Assembly: GCA_963810205.1 (NCBI GenBank)
Contig: CAWEMP010000016.1
Coordinates: forward strand, 12,001-76,000
Reading direction: 5' to 3'
Length of the DNA stretch: 64,000 nucleotides
Source of the DNA: an uncultured Acidobacteriota bacterium
Lineage (GTDB): Bacteria > Acidobacteriota > Thermoanaerobaculia > UBA5066 > Gp7-AA6
This document shows positions 57,770 through 64,000 of this stretch, piece by piece. The translations under genes were made by a program, and so were the position numbers. A model generated the notes under the pieces. It searched no databases. It was not told the origin of the DNA and saw nothing but the letters and a program-made list of their open reading frames with translations. Numbering within the stretch: position 1 is the stretch's first letter; the number at the start of each line of letters is the position of its first letter.

Positions 57770-58792
57770 ATGTCCTCTCCCGAACCCCTCGCGGGGCGCG
57801 AGGGTCTCAAGGCGACCCGGTACGAGATTCCTCTGGCGGCCCTGACGGCCGCCGGAGCCTTCTCGGCCCTCTTCGTGCTGCCGGTCATCGGCGCGCTCGG
57901 CTTGCCGTTGCTCTCGCTCGCGAGCCCGCTGGGCGCTCCGCTCGCCGCGGTGCCGCTCGTACGCCTGGCGCATCGGCGGGGCATGGTCACGGGAATGATC
58001 GCGTGCTCGCTCGCGGTCGCGATCGTCCTCGGGCTCGGGTGGGCGACGGGCGGCCCGGGCGCCGGGCTGGCCATCGCCTTTCTCGCGGCGGGCGTCACGA
58101 TGCTCCCGACGGCCTCGGTCGGATTCCTCCGCGCCGGCGTGGACCCGTCGCGCTGCTACCTGGGCCTGTGCCTCGCGGGCGGCGCCTTCCTGGCGGCGGC
58201 GTTCGCGGCCTCGGCCGGCGCGGCCGGCCCGTCGGTCGCCGCGCAGGTGTCGGCCTCGTTCGACCAGGTCATCCCGCCCGCGATCGAGTCGTACCAGCGG
58301 TCCGGGGCCGACGCGGAGTCGGTCGCGGCCATGCGAGCCACTCTGGAGGCGGCGCGCGACCTCGCCCGGAAGTATCTCTGGGGGATCTTCGGCGCGCTGT
58401 GGGTCCTCGGCGGCGCGATCGCGTTCTATGCCGGGGCGGCCAGCGCCCGGCCCACGCCGACGGCCGAGGCGGCGCGCTTCGAGGGCCTCCGGGTGCCGCC
58501 CCAGGCCGCGGCTCTTTTCGTGGCCACGGGGGCGGCCTTCGGCTCCCTTTCGGGGGAGGCTCGCCGACTCGCAGGGAACCTGCTGCTGCCGCTCCTGGCC
58601 TTGTTTTTTGTGGCCGGCCTCTCTATCATCTGCCACTTCTTCCGGAGGTGGCTCCGGTCCCGGATTCTCCGGGCGGGTCTCTACGCCCTGGTCGCTTACT
58701 TCCCGATCAACGTCGGAGTGGCGCTCCTGGGGCTCTTCGACTGGTACGCGGATTTCCGCCGGCGGGGCGGGGAAGGAACCGAGAAAACATGA
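57770..58792 (+). CDS. polytopic membrane protein (DUF2232/YybS-like, assigned by position)
   Basis: About 8 hydrophobic segments. It lies between rpsR and rplI, as yybS does in Firmicutes. Its stop overlaps the rplI start (ATGA). Confidence 0.5.
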   Translation: MSSPEPLAGREGLKATRYEIPLAALTAAGAFSALFVLPVIGALGLPLLSLASPLGAPLAAVPLVRLAHRRGMVTGMIACSLAVAIVLGLGWATGGPGAGLAIAFLAAGVTMLPTASVGFLRAGVDPSRCYLGLCLAGGAFLAAAFAASAGAAGPSVAAQVSASFDQVIPPAIESYQRSGADAESVAAMRATLEAARDLARKYLWGIFGALWVLGGAIAFYAGAASARPTPTAEAARFEGLRVPPQAAALFVATGAAFGSLSGEARRLAGNLLLPLLALFFVAGLSIICHFFRRWLRSRILRAGLYALVAYFPINVGVALLGLFDWYADFRRRGGEGTEKT

Positions 58793-59247
58793 AAGTCATC
58801 CTGGCCGACGACGTGCGCGGACTCGGGCATCGCGGGGACACCGTGAGCGTGAAGCCGGGCTACGCCCGCAACTTCCTCTTCCCCCAGGGCTCGGCCTACG
58901 AGGCGACCCCGGCCAATGTCCGGCGCCTCGGCGAAGAGAAGAAGAAGTACGACGAAAAGACGCTGCGCGAAAAGGGCGTCGCCGAGACCGTGGCGAACAA
59001 GGTCGAGGGCCTGACGGTCGTCATCGCGAAGAAGGCGGGGGACGAGGGTCACCTGTACGGCTCGGTGACGGCGTCCGAGATCGCGGACGCTCTCTCGGCC
59101 AAGGGCATCGAGGTCGACCGGCGTCGCGTCGAGCTCGCCGAGCCGATCCGCCGCCTGGGCTCGCACACCGTGCACGTCCGCCTGCACCGCGACGTCGCCG
59201 CGACCCTGACGGTCGAGGTCCAGGCCGCCAACGTCGCGAGCTCTTAA
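58789..59247 (+). CDS. rplI: 50S ribosomal protein L9
   Basis: MKVILADDVRGLGHRGDTVSVKPGYARNFLFPQG. Confidence 0.92.
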   Translation: MKVILADDVRGLGHRGDTVSVKPGYARNFLFPQGSAYEATPANVRRLGEEKKKYDEKTLREKGVAETVANKVEGLTVVIAKKAGDEGHLYGSVTASEIADALSAKGIEVDRRRVELAEPIRRLGSHTVHVRLHRDVAATLTVEVQAANVASS

Positions 59248-59274
59248 CCGTCGCGAGCGCTGCGCTTCGGGATC

Positions 59275-59330
59275 TGCGCCCTTCGGGCGCACCGCCGGTC
59301 GGCTCGCCCAAAGGGGCTCGACCGACCGGC
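59275..59330 (+). terminator. two GC-rich hairpins downstream of rplI (candidate terminator, no U tract)
   Basis: TGCGCC-cttcg-GGCGCA (59275-59291) and GCCGGTCGG...CCGACCGGC (59294-59330, 9-bp stem with an inner GCCC/GGGC pairing). Confidence 0.4.
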
Positions 59331-59356
59331 TGACCCCTTCGCTCCGCTCTCGCTCC

Positions 59357-59407
59357 CGCGGCGCGGGCCTCCTCCCTCGCTTCGCTCGGGAGACTTCCCG
59401 CGCCGCG
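59357..59407 (-). terminator. 11-bp perfect inverted repeat downstream of mrcA (candidate terminator)
   Basis: CGCGGCGCGGG (59357-59367) pairs with CCCGCGCCGCG (59397-59407). The loop contains a CTCCC/GGGAG sub-stem. Confidence 0.3.
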
Positions 59408-59428
59408 ACCTGTTGAGACGGGCCTGGC

Positions 59429-61813
59429 TCAGCGAGGGGTCGGGGTTGGCGGAATCAGGACCGCGGATTCCGGCAGCTCGCCTTTCTTGGGGACGTAGAA
59501 GGGCTGCTGCAGGGACCAGGGGAGCTTCGCGATCTCCTGGGAGCGCGGGCTCCACTCCTCGGTCGGCTGGGAGCCGCTGACGAAGGCCTCCAGCACCGGC
59601 AGCGGTGTGTCCGCGGTCGCCTTCAGGCCGGTGTCGTAGTCGACGGGAGCGAGCACGATGTTGGAGGGGACCTCGAAGTCCTCCTGTGGATCGATGCGGC
59701 CGCCGTCCTTCATCTTTTCGAGGATGCGCATCCAGATCGGCAGGGCGACCTTCGCTCCGTCCGCGCCCTTGCCGATCGTCTGCGTCTTCTGGTCGTTGCC
59801 GACCCAGACGCCGACCGTGTAACGGGGCGTCATCCCGATGAACCAGGCGTCCGTGAAGTCGTTGGTCGTCCCCGTCTTCCCGGCGATGTTCAGCTTCAGG
59901 GCGGCCGCGCGGGCGCCGGTGCCGCGCTGGGTGACGCCCTTGAGCATCTGCAGCAGCTGGAACGCGGCCTGCGGGCTCTCGACTTCCCGCGCGTCCGGGT
60001 GCGTCTGCTCGAGGAGGTCGCCGTTGGAATCCGTGATCCGCTCGATCATGTAGGGCTGGAACGCGAGGCCCTGGTTGGCGAAGACGGCGTACGCCGAGGT
60101 CAGCTCGACGAGGCTGACCTCGAAGGCGCCGAGCGGCATCGACGGGTAGGGCGCGAGGTTCTGCCGGATGCCGAGCCGGTGGGCCGTCTCGATGATGTTC
60201 GAGAGCCCGACCATCTCGCCCACGCGCACCGCCGGGATGTTGTAGGAGTGCTCGAGCGCGCGTCGAAACGTCACGATGCCGTGGTACTTGCCGTCGTAGT
60301 TGCCGGGACGGTACGGGGGCTGCCGCGGATCGATCACGATCGAGAGCGGGCCGTCGAACACCGTGTCGGCGCCCGTGTAGCCCTGCTCGAGAGCCGTCAG
60401 ATAGACGAAGGGCTTGAACGCGGAACCCGCCTGGCGCAGCGCCTGCGATGCGCGGTTGAACTTGGACTGCGTCCAGTCGTAGCCGCCGACCATGGCTCGG
60501 ATCGCGCCGCTCGCGTTCTCGAGGATGACGACGGCGCCCTGCTCGCGCGGGTCCTGGTCGAGGGCGAGCGCCAGGGCGCCGTCCTTGCCTCGCTGGGCCG
60601 TCACCGTGACGAGGTCGCCTGCCCGCAGGATCTTCGCGACGGAGGGAGCGCCGGTCCACGCGGCGCCGGCGTTCAACAGCGGGAGCGTCTCCCGGCCGAT
60701 GCGGACTTCCGCCCCCGAGGCCCCGACCGCCGTCACGACGCCGCGCAGGGTCTGACCCTCCTCGACGCGGATGCCCTCCCAGGATGGGTCGACGTAGGAC
60801 TCGAGAGAGCGGTAGCCCTCGGCTGTCAGGTTGCGCGGCTTGTGGAAACCGTGGCGGCGCGAAATCTGGCGAAGGCCCCAGCCCAGCGCCTCCTCGGACC
60901 ACGCCTGCATCTCGGGGTCGAGCGTGGACTCGACCCGCAGGCCGCGCCGGTAGAGGTCCTTTTCTCCGTACGTCTTCTCGAGGTACTGGCGGACCTCCTC
61001 GCAGAAGTACGGCCCGACGATGGACTCCGCCAGCGAGGGCGCCGCCGGCAGCGGCTCGGCTTCGGCCGCGGAGCGCTCGGCCTCGGTGATGAGGCCGGCG
61101 GCCCGCATCCTCCGCAGGGCCGTGGAGCGGCGGGCCCGCGCGAGCTCGGGATTGCGAAACGGCGACTGGTCCTCCGGGCGCTGGACGATGCCCGCGAGCA
61201 GCGCCGCCTCCGCCAGCGTCACGTCCTTCACGCTCTTGCCGAAGTAGTACCGGCAGGCGGCTTCGACGCCGTAGTTGCCGTGGCCCAGGTAGATCTCGTT
61301 GGCGTACATCGTCAGGATCTGGTCCTTCGAATAGCGCCGCTCGATCTCGAAGGCCACGAGCGCCTCGTTGACCTTCCGCGAGATCGTCTTCTGGGGAGAC
61401 AGGAAAATCGCCCGCGCGAGCTGCTGCGTCAGGGTCGAGCCGCCCTGCGCGTAGCCGCCCTGCTGGAGGTTCGCCACGAGGGCCGAGACGGTCCGCCGGA
61501 CGTCGATCCCGCCGTGCTGGAAGAAGTTCTTGTCTTCGGTGGCGACGATCGCGTTGCGGACCACGGCGGGGATCTCCGCCCGCGAGATGAGGATCCGACG
61601 CTCGATCGCGTAGCGAGCGATCGTCGACCCGTCCCGGGCGGTGATCTGCGTGATGATGTCGGGCCGGTAGGTCGCCAGCTCCGAGACCCGCGGCACCCGG
61701 ACGAAGCCCGTGGCGACCGACCCGGCGACCGTGCCGAGAAACCCGACGAGGAGCAGCGGCAGGACGAGCGCGGCGGCGCGCCGAACGGTCTTCACCGCGC
61801 GATTGTGAGGCAT
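59429..61813 (-). CDS. mrcA: penicillin-binding protein 1A (bifunctional transglycosylase/transpeptidase)
   Basis: GT51 motifs EDKNFFQHGGID, GGSTLTQQL and RKVNEALVAFEIER. Transpeptidase motifs SAFKPF, SYN and KTGTTND. Intact 794 aa. Confidence 0.92.
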   Translation of the reverse strand: MPHNRAVKTVRRAAALVLPLLLVGFLGTVAGSVATGFVRVPRVSELATYRPDIITQITARDGSTIARYAIERRILISRAEIPAVVRNAIVATEDKNFFQHGGIDVRRTVSALVANLQQGGYAQGGSTLTQQLARAIFLSPQKTISRKVNEALVAFEIERRYSKDQILTMYANEIYLGHGNYGVEAACRYYFGKSVKDVTLAEAALLAGIVQRPEDQSPFRNPELARARRSTALRRMRAAGLITEAERSAAEAEPLPAAPSLAESIVGPYFCEEVRQYLEKTYGEKDLYRRGLRVESTLDPEMQAWSEEALGWGLRQISRRHGFHKPRNLTAEGYRSLESYVDPSWEGIRVEEGQTLRGVVTAVGASGAEVRIGRETLPLLNAGAAWTGAPSVAKILRAGDLVTVTAQRGKDGALALALDQDPREQGAVVILENASGAIRAMVGGYDWTQSKFNRASQALRQAGSAFKPFVYLTALEQGYTGADTVFDGPLSIVIDPRQPPYRPGNYDGKYHGIVTFRRALEHSYNIPAVRVGEMVGLSNIIETAHRLGIRQNLAPYPSMPLGAFEVSLVELTSAYAVFANQGLAFQPYMIERITDSNGDLLEQTHPDAREVESPQAAFQLLQMLKGVTQRGTGARAAALKLNIAGKTGTTNDFTDAWFIGMTPRYTVGVWVGNDQKTQTIGKGADGAKVALPIWMRILEKMKDGGRIDPQEDFEVPSNIVLAPVDYDTGLKATADTPLPVLEAFVSGSQPTEEWSPRSQEIAKLPWSLQQPFYVPKKGELPESAVLIPPTPTPR

Positions 61814-61848
61814 CCGCCGCCGTTATGCTATAAGCGGCGGTTCACCCG

Positions 61849-63924
61849 ATGCCGCGCCCCACCCACCCCGGTCCGCCTCCTCCCGCCACGGCCGCCGAAA
61901 AACCGGTCACGTATCGCGAGGCCCAGGCGCGGGCCTCCGGCCGGTTCCAGCTCCGCACGGACTTCACGCCGCAAGGCGACCAGGCGCAGGCCATTGAGCG
62001 CCTCGTCGCGGCACTCCACGAAGGCCGGTCCGACCAGGTGCTCCTGGGCGTCACGGGCTCGGGAAAGACGTTCACCGTCGCGAAGGTGATCGAGGCGGTC
62101 AATCGGCCGACCCTCGTCCTCTCGCACAACAAGACGCTCGCGGCCCAGCTCTACCAGGAGTTCCGGAGCTTCTTCCCCGAGAACGCCGTCGAATACTTCG
62201 TGTCCTACTACGACTACTACCAGCCGGAGGCGTACGTTCCGCAGACGGACACCTACATCGAGAAGGAGACCTCCCGCAACGAGGAGATCGACAAGCTGCG
62301 GCTGGCGGCCTCGAAGGCGCTCTTCGAGCGCCGGGACGTCATCGTCGTGGCTTCGGTGTCGTGCATCTACGGCCTGGGCGCCCCCGACTCCTATTACGAC
62401 ATGTTGGCTTACCTCGAGGTCGGGGACGCCCGCGGGATGCCGGCGCTCCTCGCACAGCTCGTGACGATGCAGTACGAGCGCACGAACCTCGACCTCACGC
62501 GCGGGACCTTCCGGGTCCGCGGCGACGTGCTCGAGGTGGCGCCGGGGTACGAGGACACGGCCGTCCGCGTCGAGTTCTTCGGCGACGAGATCGAGAAGAT
62601 CACCAAGACCGACCCCATCCGGGGCACGCCCCTGCAGCGGGTCGACCGGCTGGCTCTGTATCCCCGCACGTTTTACGCCACGCCGCGCGAGACGCTCGAA
62701 CGCGCCATCGGCTCGATCCGGGTCGAGCTCGACGAGCGGCTCGCCGAGCTGACCAAAGCGGGGCGCCTGCTGGAGGCGCAACGCCTCCACCAGCGCACGA
62801 TGTTCGACCTCGAGATGATGAAGGAGCTCGGCTACTGCAGCGGCATCGAGAACTACTCGCGGCACCTCTCCGGCCGCGCCGCCGGCGAGCCGCCCCCGAC
62901 GCTGCTCGACTACTTCCCGGCCGACTTCCTGCTCGTCGTCGACGAGTCGCACGTGACCCTGCCGCAGGTGCGCGGGATGTACCACGGCGACCGCTCCCGC
63001 AAGCAGGTCCTGGTCGACTATGGCTTCCGGCTTCCCTCGGCGCTCGACAATCGGCCGCTGACCAACGAGGAGTTCCGGACGCGGATCCACCAGGTCATCG
63101 CCGTCAGCGCGACGCCGGGCGCCGAGGAGCTCGAACGGGCCGGCGGGGAGATCGTCGAGCAGGTCATCCGGCCGACCGGGCTGCTCGACCCGGAAATCGA
63201 GGTGCGCCCCGTGAAGGGCCAGGTCGACGATCTGCTCGCCGTCGTCCGGGACACGGCGGCGGCCGGCGACCGCGTTCTCGTCACGACCCTCACGAAACGG
63301 ATGGCGGAGGAGCTCACCAACTATTTTTCGGAGGTCGGCGTGCGGTGTCGCTACCTCCACTCGGACATCGAGACTCTCGACCGGGTCGCAATCCTGTCCG
63401 ACTTCCGGCGAGGCGTCTTCGACTGCCTGATCGGCATCAACCTCCTCCGGGAGGGCCTGGACCTTCCCGAGGTCGCGGTCGTGGCCATCCTCGACGCCGA
63501 CAAGGAGGGGTTCCTGCGGAGCGAGACCTCGCTCATTCAGACCTCGGGCCGGGCCGCGCGGAACCTGCGCGGCCGTGTCCTCTTCTACGGCGACGCCATG
63601 ACCGACTCGATGCGCCGCGCCATGGAAGAGACGTCACGCCGCCGCGCCATCCAGGAGACCTACAACCGCGAGCACGGGATCGTGCCGGCGTCGATCGTCA
63701 AGCAGATCAACTCGCCGCTGGTGCGGATGGCGAACCTGGACTACTACGAGATCCCCGTCGACCGGCCGAAGACGGAGCTTCCGGATGCCGAGTCGGTGCG
63801 CAAGCGGATTGCCGATCTGGAGAAACAGATGAAAACGGCCGCCAAGGAGCTCGATTTTGAGAAGGCTGCCGCGCTGCGCGACGAGATCCGGGGTTTGAGG
63901 GAGCTGGAGATCTTTCGGTCGTAG
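61849..63924 (+). CDS. uvrB: excinuclease ABC subunit B
   Basis: Shows [30 protein letters not shown] and the C-terminal UVR motif [16 protein letters not shown]. Intact. Confidence 0.95.
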   Translation: MPRPTHPGPPPPATAAEKPVTYREAQARASGRFQLRTDFTPQGDQAQAIERLVAALHEGRSDQVLLGVTGSGKTFTVAKVIEAVNRPTLVLSHNKTLAAQLYQEFRSFFPENAVEYFVSYYDYYQPEAYVPQTDTYIEKETSRNEEIDKLRLAASKALFERRDVIVVASVSCIYGLGAPDSYYDMLAYLEVGDARGMPALLAQLVTMQYERTNLDLTRGTFRVRGDVLEVAPGYEDTAVRVEFFGDEIEKITKTDPIRGTPLQRVDRLALYPRTFYATPRETLERAIGSIRVELDERLAELTKAGRLLEAQRLHQRTMFDLEMMKELGYCSGIENYSRHLSGRAAGEPPPTLLDYFPADFLLVVDESHVTLPQVRGMYHGDRSRKQVLVDYGFRLPSALDNRPLTNEEFRTRIHQVIAVSATPGAEELERAGGEIVEQVIRPTGLLDPEIEVRPVKGQVDDLLAVVRDTAAAGDRVLVTTLTKRMAEELTNYFSEVGVRCRYLHSDIETLDRVAILSDFRRGVFDCLIGINLLREGLDLPEVAVVAILDADKEGFLRSETSLIQTSGRAARNLRGRVLFYGDAMTDSMRRAMEETSRRRAIQETYNREHGIVPASIVKQINSPLVRMANLDYYEIPVDRPKTELPDAESVRKRIADLEKQMKTAAKELDFEKAAALRDEIRGLRELEIFRS

Positions 63925-63967
63925 GGGCGGCCCCTTCGGCCGCCCCGGGCGGGGACGAGCCCCGCCC
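63924..63967 (+). terminator. tandem GC-rich hairpins immediately after the uvrB stop
   Basis: GGGGCGGCC-ccttc-GGCCGCCCC (63924-63946), directly followed by GGGCGGGG-acgag-CCCCGCCC (63947-63967). No U tract. Confidence 0.45.
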
Positions 63968-64000
63968 CTACACTCCGGGTCTCGGCGTCGGCCGCGGAGT

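Noticed and set aside
59232-59258. A 10-bp direct repeat CGTCGCGAGC (59232-59241 and 59249-59258) spanning the rplI stop codon.
   Set aside because: It occurs only twice, is short and GC-rich, and partly lies in coding sequence. It is most likely chance, with no evident function.
61814-61848. A LexA/SOS operator upstream of uvrB.
   Set aside because: I looked for CTGT-N8-ACAG, GAAC-N4-GTTC and GTTC-N7-GTTC type boxes and found none. Only a single GGTTC and the CCGCCGC/GCGGCGG inverted repeat are present.

Overview
This is a 64-kb chromosomal segment from a high-GC bacterium, roughly 70% G+C by eye. The envelope genes look Gram-negative (a LolB-like lipoprotein, a TolB-like propeller, PBP1A), but the phylum cannot be assigned from sequence alone. 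I resolve 55 protein-coding loci and 2 tRNAs (Lys-UUU, Gln-UUG), almost all housekeeping. All nine haem-synthesis steps are present: hemE-hemN-hemH-hemY on the minus strand and ccsA/hemX-like-hemA-hemC-hemD-hemB-hemL on the plus strand. Other content includes aconitase, purA, hutH-hutU, pssA-psd, rimI-tsaB, mutS-nagZ, ssb, murJ-dtd, a TPR-lolB-like-ispE-spoVG-tRNAGln-prs-rplY-pth block, rpsF-rpsR-DUF2232-rplI, PBP1A and uvrB. I saw no CRISPR array, IS element, integrase, prophage or recognisable defence system. Three things dominate. (1) Fifteen genes are frame-broken as sequenced, with at least 23 breaks packed into 2.3-8.7 kb. Nearly all are +1 insertions at mononucleotide runs, so I read them as sequence-quality artefacts rather than biology. 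(2) Fourteen transcription-unit-leading genes carry a TANNNT hexamer 6-11 nt upstream of the start codon and no Shine-Dalgarno, which suggests widespread leaderless expression. (3) A few loci are genuinely uncharacterised. The best candidate for something new is a minus-strand cluster of two paralogous MshEN-type (putative c-di-GMP-binding) proteins bracketing an IHF/HU gene, followed by a site-2 protease. The others are a roughly 0.5-kb low-GC islet encoding a Cys-rich secreted ORFan between purA and tRNA-Lys, and a 1,300-aa NtrY-type kinase coupled to an unknown lipoprotein.
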